DNA of 64,000 nucleotides from Eledone cirrhosa (lineage: Eukaryota). Below the pieces are notes generated by a model that saw only the letters and a program-made list of their open reading frames with translations, was not told where the DNA came from and ran no database searches. A program made the translations under genes and the position numbers. Below, in pieces: positions 13,091 through 26,947 of the stretch (its first letter is position 1; each line of letters begins with the position of its first letter). The stretch spans positions 22,506,001-22,570,000 of the forward strand of contig OZ024763.1 in the NCBI GenBank assembly GCA_964016885.1. The letters are read 5' to 3'.

Positions 13091-13313
13091 GCAGTGACTA
13101 TAACGTTAACAATCGATAACTGACCTATATTAGTGACATCTGGTTTGATCTGGTTTAATCCAGTTTAATCCAGCCATCACAATCGTTCATCTCTCTCCAT
13201 CTTTAATCAACCTAATCCCAAATTAATAGCCATTATGTTGTGCAATCACTGTAAATAATGCCTCCGCCTGCTGCTCTTTGTTGTACAATGCTTGCAACTC
13301 TCTTACTTGTATG

Positions 13314-13355
<42 letters not shown>

Positions 13356-13464
13356 TATAGGGAGGGTCATATATATGGGGAGGGTTATATTGTTGTAATA
13401 ATACTACCTGGCGTAGACACTACAATACATACAATACAGCAGGGGAAACATGATAATAGTATAA

Positions 13465-13516
13465 TAGTACCACTGATGATGTTGCAGATGTGCAACGAAA
13501 GAACTTTGTTAGACTA
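13465..13516 (+). ncRNA. Minimal hammerhead, family C
   Basis: CTGATGA at 13473; stem II GTTGCA/TGCAAC; GAAA-GAAC-TT. Confidence 0.7.
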
Positions 13517-13576
13517 TATATATATATTTATATCTAGAATTCACAAGAATCAAAGCTATGTTCAAAGCATTTATTC

Positions 13577-13621
13577 ACTTACAATTGTTTCATCCAAACC
13601 TAGGTTTGGAGTCTTCAGAGC
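13577..13621 (-). ncRNA. Minimal hammerhead, family L
   Basis: GCT-CTGAAGA-C-TCCAAACC ta GGTTTGGA-T-GAA-ACAATTGT-A-AGT. Confidence 0.7.
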
Positions 13622-14029
13622 ATTTTTCAATGTTATTACATTGAGCTATTTATCTTACTGGTAATAAGGTAGTAATAAATTACTGGTAATAAGGTAGTAA
13701 TAAATTACTGGTAATAAGGTAGTAATAAATTACTGACCTTCACTGTTTAGGGTTTAAAATATACATAACTATAGAAAGTTTTAGTATATACATAACCATA
13801 AATAGTATCCTTAATATTATATTTATATCTGTATTTTTGACCGTTGGTCAGTCAATGATAAACATTGATGGCCAAATGAATTAACTATGGTGATATAAAA
13901 GATACAGAAGTGAAAACCAACCAAACAGTGAGTGTGTTCGATGATATTTATATATTTGTAGTAAGGTTGCTTGGATGCGTCCATAGGCACTATACCAGTT
14001 GAGCACTCTATACTCCTTCAGAGCAGAGT

Positions 14030-14503
14030 ATAATAATATGGAAAATGAAGAATCTGATGCATCGGAACACAATTTATTACGTATTACAATTGTTTCTCCG
14101 CCGAACAGCTCCAGGTACGATCTATTTGTGGATCAAACCTGACTCTGGATTCGCAAGTTTCTCAGATACGTCTAGTGACTTCGAAACAAATCCTCCTTCT
14201 GTTGGACTCCGACCCTTAGAATTTCTGGGCAGCTTTGAATGGTCAAACATACAGATGATGTCTCGAACTCTTGACTAATCGACGGGCCGCGCAAACAGGA
14301 TGATGGCTGATGATAGAAATTCTAAGGGTCGGAGTCCAACAGAAAGAGGATTTGCTTCGAAGTCACTAGACGTATCTGAGGAACTTGCGAATCCAGAGTC
14401 AGGTTCTATCCACAAACAGATCACACCTCAAGCTGTTTGCCGGAGAAACAATTGTAATACGTAATGAATTGTGTTCCGATGCATCACTGATACTTGGTTT
14501 TCC

Positions 14504-14510
<7 letters not shown>
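14030..14510. mobile_element. Head-to-head fold-back element, family G, two hammerheads
   Basis: Arms at about 14030-14225 and 14314-14510; plus HHR 14370-14462 (ACGTAT-CTGAGGA..GAA-ACAATTGT-A-ATACGT); minus copy 14079-14171 has CTGAGAA. Confidence 0.8.
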
Positions 14511-14562
<52 letters not shown>

Positions 14563-14569
<7 letters not shown>

Positions 14570-14725
14570 TAACAGAACATCCCGTTAAGGGTGAAAGCAG
14601 CGATTCTTTGCTTAAACTTTAATCTGTTATTTTAATAAATATTTGCTCTACGGTTCTTATATATTTGATATATATTTATCCTTATCGAGCCCTCTTTGGA
14701 TTTTAGTCTTCTAATTTATTATTAT

Positions 14726-14730
<5 letters not shown>
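14563..14730 (+). mobile_element. Penelope pLTR family A fragment (3' half of HHR plus tail)
   Basis: cccgttaagggtgaaagcagcg...ttatcgagccctctttggattttagtcttc; between (TA)n tracts. Confidence 0.75.
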
Positions 14731-14794
<64 letters not shown>

Positions 14795-14795
<1 letters not shown>

Positions 14796-15032
14796 TAGGT
14801 ATTTCCGAAGAAAAAGCAAAGGAAAAAAGAGTGCTCTATGTATAATACAGAGCTATTTAATTAGAAAGTGAACAACACAATATAACTACTCCATTACCAA
14901 AGGTTTCAGGACTCTAGATTTTCATATATTTCATAACCTCCCTGTCTGATGAACGAACTAGACATATGTTAATATTGTCTAGGGTCCTGAAACCTTTGGT
15001 AATGGAGTAGTTATATATTGTGTTGTTCACTT

Positions 15033-15035
<3 letters not shown>
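14795..15035. mobile_element. Fold-back element, family F, with hammerhead at 14941-15007 (+)
   Basis: IR at 14865-14912 / 14984-15033; CTGATGA..TAGACA/TGTCTA..GAA-ACC ttt GGT-A-ATGGAG. Confidence 0.75.
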
Positions 15036-15082
<47 letters not shown>

Positions 15083-15129
15083 TAATATATGACAGCCAAG
15101 ACTGGAATTGAACCATCAGCACAGTTGAG

Positions 15130-15254
15130 GTATGTCAGACATCAATTTATTTTATCTGATGAGGACGTACTGAGGAAACAACACAGTACCTCTGAAATAT
15201 ATATAATAAAATATATTTGATCACATGAATGTCTATATTTGTTAATATTTTGAA

Positions 15255-15288
<34 letters not shown>

Positions 15289-15667
15289 TTCAAAATATTA
15301 ACAAAATAGATATTCTTGTGATCAATTATATTTTATTATATATATTTCAGAGGTACTGTGTTGTTTCCTCAGTACGTCCTCATCAGATAAAATAAGATGA
15401 TGCATGACATATCCTGACATAGTAGATGGTAGTACTATGTCAGGGTATGTCATGCATCATCTTATTTTATCTGATGAGGACGTACTGTTGAACTTAACTC
15501 AGTACCTCTGAAATATGTATAATTAAAATATAATTGATCACAAGAATATCTATTTTGTTAATATTTTGAATTAATATTAATAACTATGGAAAACCATTAC
15601 TGTTGAGTGCTTCCAATCTATTGTAAAACTCATTCTTTGATGTATTCATTGAACCTTGTTTAACTTT

Positions 15668-15670
<3 letters not shown>
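15130..15670. mobile_element. Family H cluster: three hammerheads (+15149-15212, -15330-15393, +15464-15529)
   Basis: ATTTTAT-CTGATGA-GGACGTACTG..CAGTACCTCT-GAA-ATATATAT-A-ATAAAAT; IR arms 15283-15424 / 15433-15576. Confidence 0.85.
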
Positions 15671-15702
<32 letters not shown>

Positions 15703-16203
15703 ATATCCAAAATTAAGATAAATCAAATGAATTTAATCTAAATCAAAATTATGGGTGTCATGCCAGAAAGACATGCGCCATATCACCCGCAAAATAAGAT
15801 CTAAGATTCTAACGAGTAGGTGCGAGCATTTTATAATAACTAGAGATTGATTAACATATAAATAAACATGAATAATCACAGGAGATAATTTTTACAAGTG
15901 TGTAACCACACATAGCTAGGTAACTAAATAAAGTTGACCAGAACTTCAAAAATAGATACCTTATAATATGATTAATCTTCCCTGTATATATTCCATTAAA
16001 GAAATATATTTCACCAATTAATCAGATGGTAAACCACAGAAGTGGGGACTTAGATTTTCAACAAGGAAGAAGTTCCAGCGATCTGTGAGTCGTTTTGGAA
16101 GTCTCGACAATGCAGGTGGCTAAATCTCTGAGTAACAGGATCAGGTGGTATTGAGAGAGAAATGTAAAAGGAAGTGTAGAAAAAGATGTAGAGGGCGTAA
16201 AAA

Positions 16204-16260
<57 letters not shown>

Positions 16261-16263
<3 letters not shown>

Positions 16264-16324
16264 GGTGTCCACACTTCAACAGCATTCTAATAAATATATG
16301 TATTTATTTTTTGGGACACCCTGT
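16261..16324. mobile_element. Possible Tc1/mariner-type mini element
   Basis: AGGGTGTCC ... GGACACCCT short TIRs. Confidence 0.35.
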
Positions 16325-16809
16325 GTGTGAGTATGTGTATATTTATATATATATATATAATGTGTGTATATATATAAATATACACACACACATTTATATA
16401 TATATATATACATATATATACACACACATGTATATATAAGTATAAACAAACAATTCTCTTTTCCTCTCCTGATATTACCCCCTCCCCCCTATATATGAAC
16501 CAAATTAAACCAACAAAAAGAGATTGACACTTCATTGTTTCATGTGACCTGGAAATATATCTGTCTGTGTGTGTGTCTGTCTATGTGTGTATGTCTGTGT
16601 GTGTATGTCTGTGTGTATGTCTGTGTGTGTGTGTGTCTCTGTGTGCGTGTGTGTATGTCTTTGTGTGTCTGTGTGTGTTTATGCCAGGGACATGTCCGGA
16701 TGTGTGTGGTGGAGTGTATCCGGAAATTCTCAGAGGAATTTACCCAGGGACCTTTTAAATTTCATGGGATCTTTTTTTCCCCTTCGTGTAGTTTGGTAAT
16801 GTTATTAAA

Positions 16810-17235
16810 AAGAGCAATATGCTTTTGCAGCATAGAGTTACGCCCCTTTCCATTCTGAGTTCAAATCCAGCCAATGTTAACTTTGCCTTTCATCCTTAAG
16901 GGGTCGATAAAATAAAGTACCAGTAATGCACTGGGGTCGATTTAATTGTCTTTCCCCTCCCCGCCCAAAAATTGTTGACCTTGTGCCTAAAGTAGAAACC
17001 ACTATTACAGGGGTTGGTAAAATAAAGTACCAGTAATACACTGGTGTCAATTTAATCAACTTTCCCCTCCCCCAAATTGCTGGCCTTGTTCCTAGACCAG
17101 AAACCATTATTTTCTGAGTTCAAATCCCGCCGAGGTTAGCTTTGCCTTTCATCCTTACGGGGGTCGATAAAAAAAAAAGTACCAGTAATACATTGGGGGT
17201 AATTACTGGCCTTGTGCCAAACGTAGAAACAATTA
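16810..17235 (+). mobile_element. Tandem partial copies of the Meta-like SINE
   Basis: Repeated ctgagttcaaatcc..gcctttcatcctt..aaagtaccagtaat..gtagaaac. Confidence 0.75.
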
Positions 17236-17856
17236 TATTATAAATGTTCATGTATATATGTTGTTGTTGTTGTTCTTGTATGGTGAGGAGATAGTCATGG
17301 CAGTTAACTGGTGTGTGTGGGGTGGTGGTGGTGGGGCTGAAGGGGGGGGGGGGGGCTGTGTATATATTAATGACTTCCCTGTTAGTAGTGCTGCTGTGGA
17401 ATTCTGGGAAATCTAAATACCATTTGATGTCAACAAATATTTGTGGAAATTCCGGCTTTTACATTGTAAAGTGACTCTTGTACAAATAATGTCAACTTTC
17501 ACAATGGATGAGGAAGATTACCCCCCCCCCCCCCCCCCACGCCTCACTGTCTCCATCCCTCCCTCCCTCCCCTCTTTCTCTTTATATGTATGTGTATATG
17601 TGTGTGTATGTGTATATATATATATGTGTGTGTGTGTATATATGTATGTGTGTGTATGTATATATATATGTGTGTTTGTGTGTGTGTGTGTATATATATA
17701 TGTGTTTGTGTGTGTGTACGTATATATATATATATATGTGTATATATATATATGTGTTTGTGTGTATGTGTATATATATGTTTGTGTGTATGTGTATATA
17801 TATATATGTTTGTATGTGTGTATGTATATATATATATATATATATGTTTGTGTATG

Positions 17857-17898
<42 letters not shown>

Positions 17899-18276
17899 TG
17901 TGTGTGTGTATATATATGTATGTAAGTATGTGTGTATGTGTATATATATATATGTGTATGTGTATATATATGTGTATGTGTGTATGTATATATATATATA
18001 TATATTTGTATGTGTATGTGTGTATGTATATATATATATATATATTTGTATGTGTGTGTGTGTATGTATATATATATATATGTGTGTATGTATATATATG
18101 TATGTGTGTATGTATATATATATATATGTATGTGTGTGTATATGTATATATATATATATGTGTATGTATGTATATATGTATGTGTGTGTGTATGTATATG
18201 TATATATTTATAGGAAAAAACTGTCTATTTTAATTGTGTGTCTGTATATATATATGTGTGTGTATGTATCTCTCTT

Positions 18277-18320
<44 letters not shown>

Positions 18321-18424
18321 TTGTGTGTGTGTGTCTATATGTAAATATATATATATATATATCTGTGTTGATGTGTGTATATATGTATCTCTCTATCATT
18401 ATATATGTGTGTGCATGTGTGTGT

Positions 18425-18710
18425 GTGGACTGGTCTGTGTTACGTACTTGAGCAAAACACTTCATTTCACATTGCTCCAGTATACTCAGCTGAAAATAAG
18501 TACCAGCAATAGCTGGGGGTTTAACCCTGCAATGGACTGGTGTCTTGTCCAGGGGGAAGTCTTGTACTCTGTCGTTTCAGGCCAATGAATCTGAGATAAG
18601 GTCTGATGATCTTCTAGGCATGAGAGAGACTTTAACTTTGGAATGGACTAGTGTCCAGTCCAGGGGAGTTTTGTACTCTCAGTTGTTTAATGCCAGAGAC
18701 TCGAGATAGA
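18425..18710 (+). mobile_element. SINE with CORE-like and V-domain-like segments
   Basis: cttgagcaaaacacttcatttcacattgctccag..cctgcaatggactggtgtcttgtccagggg; reverse copy at 24662-25121. Confidence 0.6.
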
Positions 18711-19267
18711 CTTTTTATCAAAAGAATTGCATAAAAGGAAGAATATTGTGGCATAAAATACCAATTTGTGGTTGACTTTTTTTTTCAACAGTTTTTCTGT
18801 TGAGTTCTAAAACATGGCTAAGAGGTGAAGAATTCAGCAAAGAATGGTGCTGGTGTTATTATTGTTGTTGCTGTAGATGGTACTGAAAATGTCAGAAAAT
18901 ATCAGTCAGCTAGTTTCCAAGAAAGTCATTCTAATTAACGCTTATTTTAATCTATTCAAAGAATGAAATTTAAAAATCATATTTCTTTTTTATTCCGACT
19001 CTCTTGTTACCTTATTTCTAATGAAAGACCACTGACTATGGTTCTTAAATAACTTTGAAACAGATTCAGTAATATATCTAATTTTCACATTGTCAAGCTG
19101 GTGTTTGGAACATAACTTAACAAAGGTTCTTACACAAAATTATGTCAGGTTTTATAGATGAATATAAATCGATATAAAAAAAAAACTTTAATCATTTCTT
19201 TACCATATTTTATTGAAAGACAGTCTATGATTTTGGAACATAACTTAACAAATGTTCTTACATAAAA

Positions 19268-19520
19268 TCGAGAGATTACAGCTCCGATACTATGGACATG
19301 TGGTTAGAATATCTCAGGAAAGAATCACTGGACAGATTTTATGGGCAAAACCAACTGGCAGAAGACCCAGGGTAGACTCTGAGCTTGACTGGTCACACTT
19401 AGGGATCCAGCTGAGTCAGTTGGAGACAGTTGCTTCTGACGAGACCCGCTGGATGGAGTGTTTGAGGACTCTGCCCCGATGACCCTTCAGGAATAAGTGG
19501 GCAAAGAAGAAGATGAAGAA
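19268..19520 (+). mobile_element. RTE LINE 3' fragment
   Basis: RLQLRYYGHVVRISQERITGQILWAKPTGRRPR and a (GAA)n tail; inserted in a local repeat (ttggaacataacttaacaaa x3). Confidence 0.8.
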
Positions 19521-19849
19521 GGTTTTATAGATAAATATAAACACTTTAAATCCTTTTATTACCATATTTCTATTGAAAGACATTGTCTACTAATGTTTTG
19601 GAACATAACTTAACAAAGGGTTCTTACAGAAAATTATGATGAAGTTTTAAGTTTTTAAATTTTTTTTTTTAGATAAATGTAAACACTTTAATACAAGTGT
19701 GTCAGCAAACGTGGGGCGGTTTCAACTGGTTTAGTATGAAAGGGGTTAAATACTTTATTATTTAAATATCAAAAATTGAAATATCAAGCAAGGAGGGCTA
19801 GATCCATAATGGAGGGAGAGGTGGTGGAAAGTGTGGGGTATGTAGCTAC

Positions 19850-20360
19850 CTTAAACTGTAATGGGGGTAGGGTTTGTGTGTGGGGGTGTGGTCACCTAAA
19901 ACTAGTGGGGGTAGGAGTTTGTGTGTGGGTATGTGTGGTTATCTAAAACTAGTGGGGGTAGGGTTTGTGTGTGGGTATGTGTGGTTATCTAAAACTAGTG
20001 GGGATAGGGTTGTGAGGTGGGTATGTGTGGTCACCTAAAACTGTAGTGGGGTTAGGTTGTGAGTTGGGTGTGTGTGGTTATCTAAAACCAGTGGAGGCTA
20101 GGGTTGTGAGGTGCGTATGTGTGGTCACCTAAAACTGTAGTGGGGGTAGGGTTGTGAGTTGGGTGTGTGTGGTTACCTAAAACTGTAGTAGAGGTTGGGT
20201 TTGTGTGAGGGGTGTGTGTGGTCACCTAAAATTGTAGTGGGGATAAGAGTTTGTGGGTGGGTGTGTGTGGTTATCTAAAACTATAGTGGAGGTAAGGTTT
20301 GTGTGAGGTGAGTATGTGATTACCTAAAACTGTACTGTGGGTAGGGGGAGTGTGAGGTGG
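19850..20360. repeat. Degenerate minisatellite of about 45-50 bp
   Basis: Recurrent gtggt(c/t)a(c/t)ctaaaactgtagtggggg. Confidence 0.8.
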
Positions 20361-20592
20361 GTGTCTAGTACTCACCCTCCCCTCCCACCTCCCCTATCTC
20401 CTACCCACACCATCCAAGCCTCTTCTAGAAACATCTCTGTCTACAACAGAATTATATCACTTCCTAGAATTGATAATGTCAATGTTTTGTGGGTTTTTCC
20501 AGTGTGTGCATGTGTGTGTGTGTGTATATATATGTGTGTGTGTGACTATGTATGTGTGTATATATATATATATGTTTGTGTGTGTGTATATA

Positions 20593-20624
<32 letters not shown>

Positions 20625-20792
20625 CACACACACACATATATATATATACACACACACACACAAACATATATATATATATATACACACATGTTTGCGTGTG
20701 TGTATATATATGTGTGTGTATATATATATATATATATGTTTGTGTGTGTGTGACTATGTATGTGTGTATATATATATACGTTTGTGTGTGTG

Positions 20793-20829
<37 letters not shown>

Positions 20830-21049
20830 GCTTATATATATGTGTGTGTGTATATATGCTTATATATATGTGTGTGTGTATGTGTATTAGTGTGTATCTA
20901 TATGTGTGTGTATGTATATATATGTATAACTGTGTCGATGTATGTGTGTGTGTTAAAACCAAGAATCTGTAGAATAGGTCAAGCTAGAGTTAACAGTAGT
21001 AGTGCTAGTAGTAGTGGTGGTGGTGGTGGTGGTGGTGGTGGTACTAATG

Positions 21050-21082
<33 letters not shown>

Positions 21083-21247
21083 ATGGTGGTAGTAGTAGTA
21101 GTAGTAATGGTGGTAGTAGTAGTAGTAGTGGTGGTGGTGGTAGTATTAGTAGTAGTAATGGTGGTGGTAGTGGTAGTAGTAGTAATAGTAGTAGTAGTAG
21201 TGGTGGTGGTGGTGGTAGTATTAGTAGTAGTAATGGTGGTGGTAGTG

Positions 21248-21288
<41 letters not shown>

Positions 21289-21611
21289 GGTAGTAGTTAA
21301 CAGTTCAATCATGACACATTGAAGTCAACCTTTTCTGTTGACTGCTGTTCAACCAACTGTGACCAATGACTTGAGGGGTTGATTCTCCTTTATCTAACAC
21401 ATCCTATCCTTTCTCCACACTCAGTCACCTCCACCACAACACCATATCCTATCACCTGACTGCACACCACCACTACACCATCAGGTTGGTAACAAAAGGG
21501 TTAAGGCAGTGCTCCAATATGACCACAGTTATTTCACCAGTGGCAACAAAATGGTTAATGCCACAGTATGGCCACAACTATTCACCATTGGTAACCAAAG
21601 GTTTAACACCG

Positions 21612-23121
21612 TGCCCCAGTATGGCCAGCTACCCACCAGTTCCCCAGTATGACCAGCTATCCACCAGTGCCCCAGTATGGCCAGCTACCCACCAGTTCCC
21701 CAGTATGACCAGCTATTCACCAGTGCCCCAGTATGGCCAGCTATTCACCAGTGCCCTAGTATGGCCAGCTATCCACCAGTGCCCCAGTATGGCCAGCTAC
21801 CCACCAGTTCCCCAGTATGACCAGCTATTCACCAGTGCCCCAGTATGGCCAGCTATTCACCAGTGCCCCAGTATGACCAGCTATTCACCAGTGCCCCAGT
21901 ATGACCAGCTACCCACCAGTGCCCCAGTATGGCCAGCTATTCACCAGAGCCCCAGTATGGCCAGCTATTCACCAGTGCCCCAGTATGGCCAGCTATCCAC
22001 CAGTGCCCCAGTATGGCCAGCTATTCACCAGAGCCCCAGTATGGCCAGCTATGCACCAGTTCCCCAGTATGGCCAGCTATCCACCAGTGCCCCAGTATGG
22101 CCAGCTATCCACCAGTGCCCCAGTATGGCCAGCTACCCACCAGTGCCCCAGTATGGCCAGCTATTCACCAGAGCCCCAGTATGGCCAGCTATCCACCAGT
22201 GCCCCAGTATGGCCAGCTATCCAACAGTGCCCCAGTATGGCCAGCTATTCACCAGTGCCCCAGTATGGCCAGCTATGCACCAGTTCCCCAGTATGTCCAG
22301 CTATCCAACAGTGCCCCAGTATGGCCAGCTATCCACCAGTGCCCCAGTATGGCCAGCTACCCACCAGTGCCCCAGTATGTCCAGCTATCCACCAGTGCCC
22401 CAGTATGGCCAGCTATCCACCAGTGCCCCAGTATGGCCAGCTACCCACCAGTGCCCCAGTATGGCCAGCTATTCACCAGTGTCCCAGTATGGCCAGCTAC
22501 CCACCAGTGCCCCAGTATGGCCAGCTATCCACCAGTGCCCCAGTATGGCCAGCTATCCACCAGTGCCCCAGTATGGCCAGCTATTCACCAGTGCCCCAGT
22601 ATGGCCAGCTATTCACCAGTGCCCCAGTATGGCCAGCTATTCACCAGTGCCCCAGTATGGCCAGCTATTCACCAGTGTCCCAGTATGGCCAGCTATTCAC
22701 CAGTGCCCCAGTATGGCCAGCTATTCACCAGTGCCCCAGTATGGCCAGCTATTCACCAGTGCCCCAGTATGGCCAGCTATCCACCAGTGCCCCAGTATGG
22801 CCAGCTATCCACCAGTGCCCCAGTATGGCCAGCTATTCACCAGTGCCCCAGTATGGCCAGCTATTCACCAGTGCCCCAGTATGGCCAGCTATTCACCAGT
22901 GCCCCAGTATGGCCAGCTATTCACCAGTGCCCCAGTATGGCCAGCTATTCACCAGTGCCCCAGCATGGCCAGCTATTCACCAGTGCCCCAGTATGGCCAG
23001 CTATTCACCAGTGCCCCAGTATGACCAGCTATTCACCAGTGCCCCAGTATGGCCAGCTATTCACCAGTGCCCCAGTATGGCCAGCTATCCACCAGTGCCC
23101 CAGTATGGCCAGCTACCCACC
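21612..23121. repeat. 28-bp minisatellite, about 54 copies
   Basis: Unit ccagtgccccagtatggccagctattca; degenerate precursors at 21490-21610. Confidence 0.95.
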
Positions 23122-23885
23122 ATATATACTATTACTGTCAGTTCTGTAATTCACCTTTCATTTCTGTAGAAAGGTTTCCTAACTTCCGGCTTGGCCCAAC
23201 TCCAAACTGTTTACACGTGTGTATGTATGTGTCTGTGTGTATGTATATGTGTATGTATGTATATTTGTATATATGTGTGTATGTATATTTGTATGTGTGT
23301 ACGTATGTATATTTGTATATATGTATGTATGTATATTTGTATATATGTATGTATGTATATATATGTGTATGTATGTATATTTGTATATATGTGTGTATGT
23401 ATATTTGTATATATGTATGTATGTATATATATGTGTATGTATGTATGTATATATATGTGTATGTATGTATATTTGTATATATGTGTGTATGTATATTTGT
23501 ATATATGTATGTATGTATATTTGTATATATGTATGTATGTATATATATGTGTATGTATGTATATTTGTATATATGTGTGTATGTATATTTGTATGTGTGT
23601 ACGTATGTATATTTGTATGTGTGTATATTTGTATATATGTGTGTATGTATGTATATTTGTATATATGTGTGTATGTATGTATATTTGTATATGTGTGTAT
23701 GTATGTATATTTGTATATATGTATGTATGTATATTTGTATATATGTGTGTATGTATGTATATTTGTATATATGTATGTATGTATATTTGTATATATGTAT
23801 GTATGTATATTTGTATATATGTGTGTATGTATGTATATTTGTATATATGTATGTATATTTGTATATATGTGTGTATGTATATTTG

Positions 23886-23916
<31 letters not shown>

Positions 23917-24339
23917 ATTTGTATATATGTATGTATATTTGTATATATGTGTGTATGTATATTTGTATATATGTGTGTATGTATGTATATTTGTATATAT
24001 GTGTGTATGTATGTATATTTGTATATATGTATGTATATATATTTGTATATATGTATGTATGTATATTTGTATATATGTGTGTATGTATGTATATTTGTAT
24101 ATATGTGTGTATGTATGTATATTTGTATATAATGTAATGTAAGCATGTATATGTGTGTGTATGTATAAATGTATACATATATATATATGTGGGTGTGGGT
24201 GTCTATGTATGTGTATGCATATATATGTGTGTGTTTGTGTATGTATGTATATGTATGTATGTATGTGTGTGTATATATATATATATATATACATATATGT
24301 GTTTGTGTATGTGTATATGTAAATATATATATATGTATT

Positions 24340-24374
<35 letters not shown>

Positions 24375-24661
24375 CTGCCTATTTCTTGTGTACTTAATCT
24401 CCCACTTTGCACCACTACTCCACTCCACCACCACTACTCCACTCCACCACCACTACTCCACTCCACCACCACCCTCCAACCCTCCCTGCCACCACAATGT
24501 CCGCAGTGTAGCCAGGTTGGTAACAACTTCACCTAAATCTCTAGAAAGTCAATATAGGTTTTAACTGGTCCTTAGATAAACAACAAAGCCAATACAAACT
24601 TAAGCTGGTCTTAGATATTGTCTGGAAATCTCTAAATTCTTTCTTGAACCCAGAATCATAT

Positions 24662-25121
24662 CAGGTTGATACTTATCCCAGTTTCATGGGCATGACTGAG
24701 AGTACAAGACTTCCCCCTGGACAGGACACCAGTCCATTGTAGAGTTAAAGTCTCTTGAGTCAGGAGGCACATTAGGTTGATACTTATCCCAGTTTCTGTG
24801 GCATGAAGCTACTGAGAGTACAAGACTTTCCCTGGACTGGATCCCAGTCCATCGCAGGGCTAAAGTCTCTCAAGCCAAGAGGCTTGACCAGTGCTTATCT
24901 CAGTTTTTGTGGTGTGAAGTGAATGAGAGTTCAAGACTCCTCCCTGCTGGAGAGGACAATAGTTAAACCCTCCAGCTATTGCTGCTGGTACTCGTGTTCA
25001 GCTGAGTATACTGGAGCAATGTGAAATGAAGTGATTTGCTCAAGAATACACACACAACCCAGTCCAGGAATCAAACCCACAACATATGATTGTAAGTCCA
25101 CACCCTTACCACTAGGCCACA
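24662..25121 (-). mobile_element. tRNA-derived SINE with tandemly repeated 3' part
   Basis: Minus head TGTGGCCTAGTGG..GGTTTGATTCC; homologous to 18425-18710. Confidence 0.7.
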
Positions 25122-25129
25122 TAGACATA

Positions 25130-25862
25130 AATCAATACAGACTTAAGCTGGTTTTAGATAGAGTCTTCTAGTCAATACAGAGCTAAGCTGATCTTAAATA
25201 TAGACTTCTAGTTAATATAGAGCTAAGTTGGTCATACATAGAGACTTCTAGTTAATATAGAGCTAAGCAGGTCTTAGATATAGACTCCTAGTTAATATAG
25301 AGCTAAGCAGGTCTTAGATAGAGGCTTCTAGTTAATATAGAGCTAAGGTGGTCTTAAATATAGACTCCTAGTTAATATAGAGCTAAGTTGGTCTTACATA
25401 GAGACTTCTAGTTAAAATAGAGCTAAGCTGGTCTTAGATATAGACTCCTAGTTAATATAGAGCTAAGCTGGTCTTAGATATAGACTCCTAGTTAATATAG
25501 AGCTAAGTAGGTCTTAGATAGAGACTTCTAATTAATATAGAGCTACGGTGGTCTTAAATATAGACTTCTAGTTAATATAGAGCTAAGTTGGTCTTACATA
25601 GAGACTTCTAGTTAATATAGAGCTAAGCAGGTCTTAGATATAGACTCCTAGTTAATATAGAGCTAAGCTGGTCTTAGATATAGACTTCTAGTTAATATAG
25701 AGCTAAGTTGGTCTTACATAGAGGCTTCTAGTTAATATAGAGCTAAGGTGGTCTTAGATATAGACTCCTAGTTAATATAGAGCTAAGCTGGTCTTAGATA
25801 GAGACTCCTAGTTAATATAGAGCTAAGCTGGTCTTAGATATAGACTCCTAGTTAATATAGAC
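25130..25862. repeat. 40-bp minisatellite, about 18 copies
   Basis: Unit agctaagctggtcttagatatagactcctagttaatatag. Confidence 0.95.
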
Positions 25863-26654
25863 AATATCTGCCCCACCTCCCTCTCTGGGGGTGGGGGGTG
25901 GGGGCACAATATATAAGATCCTAGCTATATCTGTACCTAGACCACAATATATAAACCCCTGACTATATATCTGTGCCTGAGTCACAATATATAAGACCCT
26001 AGCTACTATGTACCTGTTGCTAAACTAAACTCTATTCCCACCTCTCATTCCTGGGGGTTGGAGGACCGCAGTAAATAAAGTACTAACCATATACCTGTAG
26101 TTAATAAATCAAATCTTGCCAAAAATGTCAAACCTTGCCAATATCTTGTGCCAACTTAACCTGGCAAACACCACTTTACTCATTCAACGAAGAATTAAGG
26201 TATTAAAACCACCAACTTCGTCTGTTTATGTGTATATCAATATATCAATATATATATATATATATATATATTGATATATCAATATATAGCGAAATAAAAA
26301 CTTGCCAGAAGTGGGATATTATTTTTTTTTTTTATATATATAAATATATATATGCATGTATGTGTATATATGTATATATATGTATATATATATATATGTG
26401 TTTGTGTGCGTGTGTACAAGTGTTTATGTATTTATGTATATATATATATATATATATATGTTTGTGTGTGTGTGTACAAGTGTTTATGTATATATGTGTA
26501 TATATATATATGTGTGTATATATGTATATATATATATATATGTGTGTATATATGTATATATATGTGTTTGTGTGCGTGTGTACAAGTGTTTATGTATTTA
26601 TGTATATATATATATATATATATGTTTGTGTGTGTGTGTACAAGTGTTTATGTA

Positions 26655-26699
<45 letters not shown>

Positions 26700-26947
26700 T
26701 TGTATGCGCGTGTATAAGTATTTATGTGTTTGTGTGCGTGTGTATAAGTATTTATATATATATATGTGTGTATATGTGTTTGTGTGCGTATGTACAAGTG
26801 TTTATGTATGTATGTATATATATATATATACACAGACACACATATATATGTTCAGTTATGTGAAATTTCCTCACCTTATATGGAAGACAAAACAAATTTA
26901 TAAAACTGTTTTTAAAGTTTACTTTGTTACTTATATATGTAGTGTAT

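Noticed and set aside
16050-16130. Possible minus-strand terminal exon after a pyrimidine tract
   Set aside because: No recognisable homology or partner exons; too weak to call.
21486-23169. 400-500 aa repeat protein or CRISPR-like array
   Set aside because: 28-bp unit, not a multiple of 3, open in all three frames; no unique spacers and no cas genes.
25130-25862. CRISPR-like 40-bp repeat
   Set aside because: Head-to-tail units without spacers, in a eukaryotic context.
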